A stretch of DNA of 32,000 bases, from assembly GCF_000195855.1 (NCBI RefSeq), contig NC_002677.1, positions 450,001-482,000 on the forward strand. The letters are read 5' to 3'. Shown here one piece after another: positions 1-9,383 of the stretch. A model generated the notes under the pieces. The model saw only the letters and a list, made by a program, of their open reading frames with translations. It was not told the DNA's origin and searched no databases. The number at the start of each line of letters is the position of its first letter. Position 1 is the first letter of the stretch. The stretch is from Mycobacterium leprae TN (GTDB lineage Bacteria > Actinomycetota > Actinomycetes > Mycobacteriales > Mycobacteriaceae). The translations under genes and the position numbers were made by a program.

Positions 1-195
1 CGTATTTTTCAGCAACACGCCGACATGTGGCGGCTGCTGCGGATCGTAGGCGTTCACGCAGCGTCATCGCGATCGGCCGCACACTTGCCGGACGTGGTCA
101 CGCCAGCTAGTGAATGAATCCTCGAAGTAGAAACTCCGGTAATCGATCTTGGTCAGCGGCACCATCAGTTCTGTGACCGTGGGTACATGTAAAAC
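1..195 (-). pseudogene. fadD17: Fragment of FadD17-like acyl-CoA synthetase (N-terminal part, truncated by window edge)
   Basis: Minus strand reads TVTELMVPLTKIDYRSFYFEDSFTSWRDHVRQ..., then after disruption DPQQPPHVGVLLKNT, resembling the N-terminus of Rv3506; order next to fadE27/fadE26 supports it. Confidence 0.75.
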
Positions 196-206
196 ATCGG
201 GCCGAG

Positions 207-1272
207 CTAGGCAGGGGTTTCTGCCAGTTCACGGTCGATCTGGCGTAGCTGCTGGGTGGCACCGCCTAGCGCTCACTCCGTCTCCTTGGCAGCCAGGAAG
301 TAACAGTGCACGGGATGATCGGTGTCGATGCCGACGTCGCCGTGTACGTGCACGATGGTGTGTGCCACCCGGTGTCCAGCTTCAATGGCCCAGAATGGGG
401 TCATTAGCAACCTCGATGTCAGCGTAGGCGGGTCCTCCTATACTCACCACGTAGCCTGGGTAAGCGTCAGCCGCAACCCCTTGTACATGGATGTAGCTGC
501 AGGCTAGTACGTGCGCCACATCCTGGAAGCTGCCGACCGAGACAGTCGAAATGCTCGCGGGCGTGCATATAATTCGGCAGTCAGCTGCAGGCCTCGCTGC
601 TAGGACGCTGAGTTGAAACGTGTTAAGGACCAAGGTGGACTGGGTGGTGATCCAGATTACAGCCTCACTCTCGCCAACTACCCTGGCAGTGTCGATCGCT
701 AAATTTTCTAGCTCTAAGTGTTCGACGCAGCCCAAGCTGCTGGTTTGCAGCGCGGTCACCGAGCCCTGTGGTCATTGGCGTAAACCAGGAACGCGCCGGC
801 CAGCGGAGCGTAGCCGACCTGGGTGTGGGTACACCGGTGAGGCGGTAGCCGTCGCAGGAGCGGTCAGAATGCACTGTCACCGCACCTATCTCACTATCGA
901 GGGCGATGGTGAGAATCTTTGCGTCGCTGACCTCCGGTCGAGCCCTACTCCTGCTGCAGGTCCGCGAAGCTAAAACCGGGCTAGTGAAGCGGCTCCAAGC
1001 ACCACCGACTCCATATACGGCACGGTGGCTAGTCGCTGGTCTCGCACAACCAACACGGCTGTCTGCTCGAGAACTCCGAGTCCACTGCCAACCAGAGGAT
1101 TTCGCTACAATGGCGGACAGGATGTCGTAATTGATGAATTTGCGGCACAGCTTTTTATCGACCCGTTGGTCGAGCCCGTCTGGCTCACGTTGATGTTCCG
1201 GTGTGTATACCGTGTCCACGATGGTGTCAACCAAGCCAGCGAGGTCAGCCGCCGCTTTGGTTATGGTTAAAT
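207..1272 (-). pseudogene. fadE27: FadE27-like acyl-CoA dehydrogenase (Rv3505), multiple disruptions
   Basis: Minus-strand fragments LVDTIVDTVYTPEHQREPDGLDQRVDKKLCRK, LGCVEHLELENLAIDTARVVGESEAV and QQLRQIDRELAETPA are spread over different frames with interruptions. Confidence 0.85.
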
Positions 1273-1274
1273 TT

Positions 1275-2424
1275 GAATGTCTTTCTGTTCGAAGGTCCGT
1301 GGTTGGCTCGGAGTAGTCCCAGTGAGATCATCCCAATGATGTCGCGTTGGACTTCGTTGGTGCTGCCACCGAAGGTTAGGGCCAGGCATGCCCGGTGCAT
1401 CCGCTCGTCATGACTGTGTAACAACACACCTGGTGAGTTCTGTCGCAGGGTAGCCTGATACCTAGAATCTCCATCAGCAACTGGTAAACTTCAGTGACTA
1501 GCTCAGTCCCAGTTGCTTAGTCTTAGCACTTCGACTTGGGTGTGCACTTGACCCAGATTAAGCTATAACAACTCGGAGTTCATGAGCCGCGTTCCGCTTG
1601 CATCCTTGGTATTCTGCGCCTATGTGCGAACTTGTCGCAGGTACATCATGATCGGTGCTGGAGACACCAATGCCACTCGCTCATGGTTGAGCTGGTTGGT
1701 TACCAATCTCCATCCATTGTTCTCCGCGCCGACCCGGTTAGTCACCGGCACCCGCAGGTCGGAGTAGTAGGTGGCATTGGTATCTGTATCGGCCTTGGTG
1801 TGCACCGGTTTCCATGAGAATCTTTCGGTGGTGGTACGACACAATCAACACCGAGCTGCCGCGGTGCTTTTTTGGCTCTAGAAGCCTCCGGGGTGGTGCA
1901 CACCGCTAGCCAGACATCGTCGGCGTACTGGATCAAGCTGGTTCACATTTTCTGGCCGTTGATTACGTAGTCGTCGCCGTCGCGCACCATAGTGGTGCAC
2001 AGGTTGACCAGGTCGGTGCCGGTATTGGTCTCTGAATAGCCGATTGATGAAGTGTAGATTCCTGTCAGCAATGTGCTGCAGGAAAAACTTCTTCTGCTCG
2101 TCAATTCCTTAGGTCATGATCGTCGACGCCACGCTGTTGATCGCCGGGATCGGAACCGGGGCATCCTCGATGACCGCTTAGTCGGTGAAGATTACCGAGT
2201 CCATCGGCGAGCGGTCTTGGCCCCCGTACTCCCTGCGTCAGTTCAGGGTGAGCCACCCGTCTTTGCCTATCTGCGTGACGATCTCCCGGTACACCTTGCC
2301 GGTGGAAGTATTTTCCCTGGACTGAACTCGGCGCCTAGCGACCTCCGACGTCATGAGATGCGGTGAAGCACTACCGGCGTTCGTGACACAACTCCTCTTG
2401 CCCAGGGTTATATCTAATGCGCAT
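1275..2424 (-). pseudogene. fadE26: FadE26-like acyl-CoA dehydrogenase (Rv3504), multiple disruptions
   Basis: Minus-strand fragments MRIRYNPGQEELCHERR*, MIQYADDVWLAVCTTPEAS, FSWKPVHTKADTDTNATYYSDLRVPVTNRVGAENNGWRLVTNQLNHERVALVSPAP and RMHRACLALTFGGSTNEVQRDIIGMISLGLLRAN (ACAD C-terminal signature) lie in different frames. Confidence 0.88.
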
Positions 2425-2517
2425 TCCAGCCGTTCTTTGAATTAAGCGATCGTATCCACATCACTAGCCAAAGCTGGGCACCGTACGTCGGTAAACGATT
2501 ATCCATCCGTCTTGCTG

Positions 2518-2531
2518 ATTAACACGTTCTA
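2518..2531. promoter_or_regulatory. Candidate KstR-type operator (ATTAACACGTTCTA) in the fadE26/fdxD divergent intergenic region
   Basis: 13 of 14 positions consistent with the TnnAACnnGTTnnA KstR consensus; located 94 bp upstream of the degenerate fadE26 start and about 110 bp upstream of the fdxD start. Confidence 0.55.
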
Positions 2532-2641
2532 GTGTGAATTCCAGCAACCGCTTTGTCAGGCTTACTGGGTCCTTATGGTGAGTTGTTAGATACTGATTGA
2601 TTTCTTGACGGAAGCAGGAAGTTAGCCTTGAAGGAGGTCGT

Positions 2642-2840
2642 GTGAGTAATCGTGGACCGGTGCGAGGGTAATACGGTGTGCTTGGGACGCACATCAGATG
2701 TGTTTGATTTAGATGACGAGGATTATGCCGTAGTGAGAACGGATCCGGTTTCATCAGACCAGGAAGTTAGGGCCGAACAGGCAATTGCCGAGTGCCTACG
2801 TGCGGCGCTGCTGCGCCAAGACTTACTCGAAACTAGAGAT
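2642..2840 (+). pseudogene. fdxD: FdxD-like 3Fe-4S/4Fe-4S ferredoxin (Rv3503c) remnant
   Basis: RBS AAGGAGG then GTG; after an early frame change DRCEGNTVCLGRTSDVFDLDDEDYAVVRTDPVSSDQEVRAEQAIAECLRAALLR. The start is out of frame with the body and the usual CP motif is CL. Confidence 0.7.
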
Positions 2841-2899
2841 CTTCATAAGTTGACTAGGGCTAAATGCTTTGGCTTCCTTCCATCAGACCCAAACTCGGT

Positions 2900-3850
2900 C
2901 TGAATTTTAGCCGGGTTGCATTACGAACGCGACTCGGTTTGTCCGTAAAGGTCGCGGTGGTGACCGGTGCGGTCGCGGGACTGGGCCGAGTCGAGGCGAT
3001 CGGTTTAGCTCTGTCAGGTGCCACTGTAGTCGTCGACGACATCGTCGCTGCGCTGGAGATGTCTCCGGAGTGATCGACCAGATCAGCGCCCTGGGTAGCA
3101 AAGCCGTCGCGGTGACCGGCAACATTAATCGACGTGTCACCGCCAACAAGCTGGTCAGTTGTGCCTATGGGCTGGGCGGACTGTGTTCCGTGGTGAAAAA
3201 TATCGGTACCACTTACGGCCGAATGCTTTTCAACATGCCCGGCGAAGAATGGGACGTGGTAATTGTTGTGTACCTGCGTGGCCATTTCCTGCTCACCTAT
3301 ACCGCGGCAATGTACTGGCGCACCAGCGCTAAAAAAGAAGCCAAATAGGGCTCCATATTATATATGGCCGGGGATCATCAATATCTCGTCGAAGGCGGCT
3401 TTGGCAGGCCCCGTGGGCCAGGCTAACCAAGGGCCGGGCAGCACCGCGCTCATCCTGTCAGCCACGTGGGCACTGGGCCCGGTACGGGGTGTGCGTCAAC
3501 GCGATCTGTCTGTCCACGAGTACGTAACGTGATGACGTCCGATGTTTTCCGGTCCGGTTGCCCTATGTGTCTGATTTAGTGGCAGTCCAGACTCTGTTAG
3601 ATACTTTCCTTGGTGACATCGGTGTTGCCTTTTTTGGCCTTGCTAGCGACAAGCAGCAGTCAATGGGCAGGTGTTCATCGTGTACAGCCTTTCGGGTGAC
3701 GCTGGCGTCGGCTGCCCACTGTGGAATGTCAGTTCAGCGCGGACGCTGTGGCCTGGGACCTTGATACAACTCAGTGCCCATTGCAGGACTACTTTTATTG
3801 GCCGCGATCTGGAACGGAAATTTTCCGCGGTCTATCTGATGGATGGATAA
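2900..3850 (+). pseudogene. Short-chain dehydrogenase, Rv3502c-like (hydroxysteroid dehydrogenase), disrupted
   Basis: Fragments KVAVVTGAVAGLGRVEAIGLALSGATVVVDD, ALGSKAVAVTGNINRRVTANKLV..GLGGL, RMLFNMPGEEWDVVIVVYLRGHFLLTYTAAMYW, INISSKAALAGPVGQANQG and C-terminal FIGRDLERKFSAVYLMDG* across frames. Confidence 0.85.
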
Positions 3851-4074
3851 GGACTACCACCGGAGTGGCTCTATTCTTTCGTTCCCGTTAGCGACTAAAA
3901 TAGCATCAGATTGTCCGCATTGCCCGGGTGCTGACTTGTACTGACTAACTAACGGCGAAACGCTACATTATTTACATGGTGTGTTAATGGGAGCGGGCCG
4001 CATATGTATTTAAATTCCGTGCAAAGTGGTAACGCAAAACTTTGCACACGAGTAGCAGACGGGGTGGCCCAGTT

Positions 4075-4824
4075 TTGATTCAGCAACTTGTGGTTCTTGC
4101 CCGAGTTGTTGGCGGTTTTTCGAAATTTCATTGGATACACTTTGTGTGATTTTCCTTAGGGTATTCCCAATTCCGCGAGTTTTTAGATCAGACCCGGACG
4201 ATCGTTCGCGTGTCACTGATTCCGACGCTGCTGGTCTCCATACCGTTTACGGTCCTGGTAGGGTTTCACTCTATCAATATTTTGCTACGTGAGATTGGGG
4301 CTGCCGATTTGTCTGACGTCGGAACGGCATTAGGGACCATCACCTAGCTGTGCCTAGTCGTTGCTGACTCCGGTGCCACCGCGATCCGGGCTGATCTGGG
4401 CGCTTGCACCATCCGTGAGGAAATCGATGCGACGTGGATTCTGGGGATCGACCCGATCCAACGGCTCCTCGTGCCCGGGTTTTAGCTTTTACGCTGGTTG
4501 CGTTGCTGCTCAACGAGTTGGTGTGCAACATCGGCTTGCTAGAAGGTTATGTTTCCGCCCTGCTTCAGGGCGCGAACCTGGGTGCGTTCATCAACGGGTT
4601 GACTGTGCTCATAGTACTGCGTGAGTTGGTTCTCGCCAAAATCAAAAGCGCTTCTGTTCGGAGTTATGGCCGTCTTGGTTGGCTGTTACCGTGGTCTGAT
4701 CGTCAAGGATGGGCCCAAGGGCGTCGGTAATGCGGTTAATGAAACTGTTGTTTACGCATTCATCCGCCTGTTCATCATTAATGTCGATCGGTGTCCGGCG
4801 CTCGGCGAAGTGAGCGAGGGATGA
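4075..4824 (+). pseudogene. yrbE4A: YrbE4A-like MCE-associated permease, with in-frame stops and frameshifts
   Basis: LIQQLVVLARVVGGF.. then REFLDQTRTIVRVSLIPTLLVSIPFTVLVGF, INILLREIGAADLSDVGTALGTIT*, GATAIRADLGACTIREEIDATWILGIDPIQRLLVPGF, VLVGCYRGLIVKDGPKGVGNAVNETVVYAFI. Confidence 0.88.
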
Positions 4825-5656
4825 GTTACGACCTGACCAATCCGGTTTCGCTGCTTCGTTTCCAGGCTGCAGCATCCGGTTGACGAGTTAGGCGAGCAGG
4901 CTTTCTTCTACGGCCAAACTGCGCTATATCCCGAACGGGCCCAACCGATACCGCAAGGAGACGATATGATTCGTTGCCAAAATGACGCTGGACGCGGGCG
5001 CGGTTGTGATGATCGGCGGCACGGTTGGGGGTACGACATTCCTTACACTGGCGTCTGGTGACGTAATCGCTGTGCAACTTTCCTCGTCGTTGGTTAGCGT
5101 TGGTATCTAGGCGTTGACCGGCTTTTCTTGTTGGCGTTCTTGAATGTCCGAGTTGTCGCGCCGTTGATCGCCGGTATCCCGTTGGCAGTCACCATTGGTT
5201 CCGGTTTCACTGCACAATTGGGCGCGATACGGGTGTCCGAGGAAATCTACGCGGTGGAGTGTATTGCGATGCACGCGACGTAGTACCTGATCGCCACTCG
5301 GCTGATCGCCGTCCTCGTGGCGATCAGCCTGCTGTATTCGCTGTCGGTGCCTTCGCGGCTCACTTCACCACGGTGTACATCTACGGGCAATCCAAAGGCT
5401 TATATGACCACTACTATTTAGTACCTTAAAATCTTATCCTCTCCGACTTGCTGTGGTCGTTTCTGCAGGCCATCGTGGTTTCGATCGCGGTGATGATGGT
5501 GCATACCTATATACGGTTATAAAGCTAGTAGCGGGTCGTTAGGCATTGTAGTCGGTCAGGCGGTGCGGACCTCGCTGATCATGGTGGTTGTCATTATTTT
5601 GGTGATCTCGTTGGCGGTGTACGGTGCGTTCGGTAACTTCGACCTCTCCGAGTTAG
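4821..5656 (+). pseudogene. yrbE4B: YrbE4B-like MCE-associated permease, disrupted
   Basis: ATGAGTTACGACCTG start followed by recognisable YrbE4B segments (QTALYPERAQPIPQGDD-like, VVMIGGTVG, IRVSEEIYAVE, FITTVYIYGQSKGLYDHY, VGQAVRTSLIMVVVIILVISLAVYGAFGNF) in changing frames. Confidence 0.82.
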
Positions 5657-5676
5657 GAGACACTTCCACAGGACAA

Positions 5677-6318
5677 TGGCAAACGCCGGATCGTGACGCA
5701 GAACTGACCGGCTGACAGTGTCGCTGCTGGACGGGTTGGTAATCGCGTTGGTCGCCCTCACTTAACTTTTCATACACGGCGGCTTTCACATCGGCTGACA
5801 CCGTCACGGTGTCGTCGCCGAGGACTGGACTGGTGATGAATAAGGGCGCCAAAGTTAAGTATCGCTGAATCCTAGATTGATAAGGTCACCGACATCAGCT
5901 ATCGCTACGACCAAGCCCCGCTAACGCTGTCCATCGACAGCGTTGAGATGGTTTCATTTCTTCCAATATGAAGGTCCACATTGCGGGCAACGCCATCTTC
6001 GGTGTGAAATCGGTTGATTTGTTCCCCCCTCCCCCAAGAAAATTCCGGAGCGGCAGCTGCGTTCGAATGCGTGCGTGCGGTCCTCAGCTGTGCAGCTGAA
6101 AGTTAATACTTTGATCCAGTAGCTTATCGACCTACTATGGAAGATCAATCTTGTCGATCTGAACGCGACACCGAGCTCACTGTCTGAAGGTCTGCGTGGT
6201 CATGCGATGACCTAGGAGCGCTGCTTTCTGTCCTCAATCTGTTTGTGCAGCAGGTTAATCCAAAACTTGCCACGCTGCAATAAGATTTCCTTAATGCCGA
6301 GGTTGTTGCCAACATCTA
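5677..6318 (+). pseudogene. mce4A: Mce4A-like protein, 5' portion only, disrupted and truncated by a junction
   Basis: TADTVTVSSPRTGLVMNKGAKVKYR, KVTDISY, LTLSIDS, VHIAGNAIFGVKSV, NPKLATLQ, VVANIYTIAE are discernible; homology stops at about 6318 where esxU sequence begins. Confidence 0.78.
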
Positions 6319-6416
6319 CACCATCGCCGAAAACCATTCGGCACGACGAGGCCGCGCTGCACGAGGCTGCCCGGAAACCATGCACACCACATTGCCGCAG
6401 CCGACTGCAACCTGTG
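6318..6416 (+). pseudogene. esxU: 3' fragment of EsxU-like ESX-4 WXG100 protein
   Basis: TIRHDEAALHEAA matches the EsxU C-terminus (TIRHNEAALREAG), immediately upstream of esxT. Confidence 0.7.
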
Positions 6417-6433
6417 ATTGGGAGAGGTCGCTC

Positions 6434-6732
6434 GTGGATCCGGTGTTGTCCTAACAGCGCCGACGAAATCGAATACTCCATTAGCTGGGAAATCGACGGC
6501 ACGTCCGGCCCGCTTCAATGCGGCGCTCGAGGAACTGAGATCACAAATCGCGCCGCTGCAGCAGCGTTGGATTCGTGCAGCGGTGGTCGTCTATCCGGTT
6601 GAACAGCTCAAGTGGCACCAGGCGGCTACCGCGCTCAATGAGATCCTGGTTGACTTGGGTAACGTGATACGAGCCGGCGCGGAGGAGGTGGCCAACACCG
6701 ACCGTCGGTCGGGTGGCGTTTGGGCAGGGTAG
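6434..6732 (+). pseudogene. esxT: EsxT-like ESX-4 WXG100 protein, stop and frameshifts near the 5' end
   Basis: VDPVLS* then DEIEYSISWEIDGT in another frame, then ARFNAALEELRSQIAPLQQRWIRAAVVVYPVEQLKWHQAATALNEILVDLGNVIRAGAEEVANTDRRSGGVWAG*. Confidence 0.82.
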
Positions 6733-6983
6733 CCACGCCCAACAGATCTGTTGGGGTCCCGACAACGGAGAGTCGTCGGGACCACACAGTCATTTTGACC
6801 TGCTGGGATGCGCGTCGGTAAGCTTCTTCGTTGGCGTGCTGGTACGCCGGGAGCCTCGGGTCAATGTCGGTCGCCGAGAACAACCCCGCCTTGAATCAGC
6901 CAGGGCTTCTTGACCGGCACCCGGGTTATACCTGGGATCCAGGAACCGGGTAGAAACCGAAACGAAAGAGGGAGGTAAGCGCT

Positions 6984-7427
6984 GTGCCTACATACGCGCC
7001 CAAGGCGGGTGACACCACGTGTTCGTGGTACGTCATCGACGCCACGGACGTGGTGCTTGGCCGCCTTGCCGCTGTAGCGGCCACTCTGTTGCGCGGCAAG
7101 CACAAGCCCACGTTCGCTCCTAATGTTGATGGCGGTGACTTTGTCATCGTGATCAACGCCGACAAGGTCGCCATCAGCGGCGATAAAGTACAGCATAAGA
7201 TGGTTTACCGCCACTCGGGGTATCCCGGCGGCTTGCGCAAACGCACCATTGGCGAGCTGATGCAAAAGCACCCCGACCGCGTCGTAGAGAAAGCCATCGT
7301 TGGCATGCTGCCCAAAAACAAGCTTAGCCGCCAGATCCAGCGCAAGCTTCGTGTCTACGCCGGACCAGATCATCCACATTCCGCTCAGCAACCGGTTCCA
7401 TTCGAAATCAAGCAGGTAGCGCAGTGA
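6984..7427 (+). CDS. rplM: 50S ribosomal protein L13
   Basis: Intact 147-aa [64 protein letters not shown]...; upstream AGGGAGG RBS. Confidence 0.98.
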
Positions 7428-7885
7428 CCGAAACCAGCGAAGCCGTGGAGATTGCGGTGGGGACTCCAGCAGCCAAGCATAGTGAATCTTTTGTGTTCGA
7501 GCGGTCCATCCAGACTGTTGGCCGCCGCAAAGAGGCCGTCGTGCGGGTGCGGTTGGTGCTCGGCACCGGCAAGTTCGATCTCAATGGTCGCAGCCTGGAG
7601 GACTACTTCCCGAACAAGGTGCATCAGCAGCTCATTAAAGCACCGTTGGTCACTGTTGAGCGGACAAGGAACTTCGACATATTCGCTCTCCTACACGGTG
7701 GTGGACCATCGGGTCAGGCCGGGGCGCTTCGTCTGGGCATCGCCCGGGCGTTGATCCTGGCGTCACCGGAGGACCGGCCCGCCTTGAAGAAGGCCGGTTT
7801 CCTCACCCGTGATCCACGCTCGACTGAGCGCAAGAAGTATGGCTTGAAGAAGGCCCGCAAGGCGCCGCAGTACAGCAAGCGCTGA
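7424..7885 (+). CDS. rpsI: 30S ribosomal protein S9
   Basis: Intact 153-aa ORF with [33 protein letters not shown] ... [17 protein letters not shown]; 4-bp overlap with rplM. Confidence 0.98.
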
Positions 7886-7991
7886 TCGGCGATCATTGGT
7901 GTGTCGACGGCTAAACTTGCACGGTTTCGGCTAGAAAGACACATGGGCACGTATAGGTGCCAGAGTCATTAATTGCGAGAGGTTTGTCCGC

Positions 7992-9383
7992 ATGGGTCGA
8001 CTATTCGGCACTGATGGTGTTCGCGGAGTGGCCAATCGTGAGTTGACCCCTGAGCTCGTGCTGGCCCTAGGCGCGGCGGCGGCACGGTGCTTGGCCAACT
8101 CGGGCGAACCGGGGCGGCGGGTAGCCGTGATCGGTCGCGATCCGCGGGCCAGCGGTGAGATGCTTGAGGCCGCTGTCATCGCTGGCCTGACCAGTGCGGG
8201 TGTTGACGCACTGCGGGTTGGAGTGCTCCCGACACCTGCGGTGGCGTATCTGACCGGTGCCTACGACGCCGACTTCGGGGTGATGATTTCGGCGTCCCAC
8301 AACCCGATGGTCGACAACGGCATCAAGATCTTCGGGCCGGGCGGTCATAAATTGGACGACGACACCGAAGACCAGATCGAAGACCTGGTTACCGGCGGGC
8401 CCGGGTTGCGCCCGGCCGGCGTGGCGATCGGTCGCGTCATCGACGCCGAGGATGCTACGGAACGTTACTTGCGCCACGTGGGCAAAGCCAGCACCATACG
8501 GCTCGACGGCTTGACGGTGGTCGTCGACTGCGCACATGGCGCGGCCTCGTCAGCGGCACCGCGCGCGTATCGCGCAGCCGGTGCCCGGGTCATCGCGATC
8601 AACGCCGATCCCAACGGCATCAACATCAACGATCGCTGTGGATCTACGGACCTGGGTTCGTTGCGTTCAGCGGTGCTTGCCCACCGTGCTGACCTAGGCC
8701 TGGCGCACGACGGAGACGCCGACCGGTGTCTTGCCGTTGATGCTAATGGTGATCTCGTCGACGGCGACGCCATCATGGTCGTGCTTGCGCTTGCGATGCA
8801 AGAAGCCGGCGAACTGTCTTCCAACACTTTGGTGACTACCGTGATGAGCAATCTGGGGCTGCACCTGGCCATGCGTTCGGTCGGCGTCATCGTGCGTACA
8901 ACCGACGTCGGCGACCGTTATGTCTTGGAGGAGTTGCGCGCTGGTGACTTTAGTCTCGGCGGCGAGCAATCCGGCCATATCGTGATGCCCGCATTGGGCT
9001 CCACCGGAGACGGTATCATCACTGGGTTGCGATTGATGACCCGCATGGTGCAGACCAGCTCTTCGCTGGCTGCCCTCGCGTCGGCGATGCGGGCGTTGCC
9101 GCAGGTGTTAATCAATGTCGAGGTTGCAGACAAAACCACTGCTGCCGCTGCGCCTTTAGTGCAGACGGCGGTCGAGACTGCTGAGGTCGAATTGGGGAAT
9201 ACAGGTCGAATCCTGTTGCGTCCCTCAGGAACTGAGCCGATGATCCGGGTCATGGTGGAGGCAGCCGAAGAAGATGTCGCGCACCGAGTGGCGACGCGAG
9301 TCGCTGCAGCGGTGAGTGCTCAGGGGTCACCTCTCCGATGCTGGAACCCCGACGCGATATCGGGCGTCGAATTAAGATTATGA
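7992..9383 (+). CDS. glmM: Phosphoglucosamine mutase
   Basis: 463-aa [30 protein letters not shown]...; active site TASHNP-equivalent [19 protein letters not shown]; GEQSGHI; [15 protein letters not shown]. Confidence 0.97.
   Translation: MGRLFGTDGVRGVANRELTPELVLALGAAAARCLANSGEPGRRVAVIGRDPRASGEMLEAAVIAGLTSAGVDALRVGVLPTPAVAYLTGAYDADFGVMISASHNPMVDNGIKIFGPGGHKLDDDTEDQIEDLVTGGPGLRPAGVAIGRVIDAEDATERYLRHVGKASTIRLDGLTVVVDCAHGAASSAAPRAYRAAGARVIAINADPNGININDRCGSTDLGSLRSAVLAHRADLGLAHDGDADRCLAVDANGDLVDGDAIMVVLALAMQEAGELSSNTLVTTVMSNLGLHLAMRSVGVIVRTTDVGDRYVLEELRAGDFSLGGEQSGHIVMPALGSTGDGIITGLRLMTRMVQTSSSLAALASAMRALPQVLINVEVADKTTAAAAPLVQTAVETAEVELGNTGRILLRPSGTEPMIRVMVEAAEEDVAHRVATRVAAAVSAQGSPLRCWNPDAISGVELRL

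Noticed and set aside
5984-6000. C-rich tract CCCCCCTCCCCCAAG as a possible phase-variable homopolymer
   Set aside because: It lies within the mce4A pseudogene with many other lesions; the run is interrupted and no intact ORF is controlled by it.
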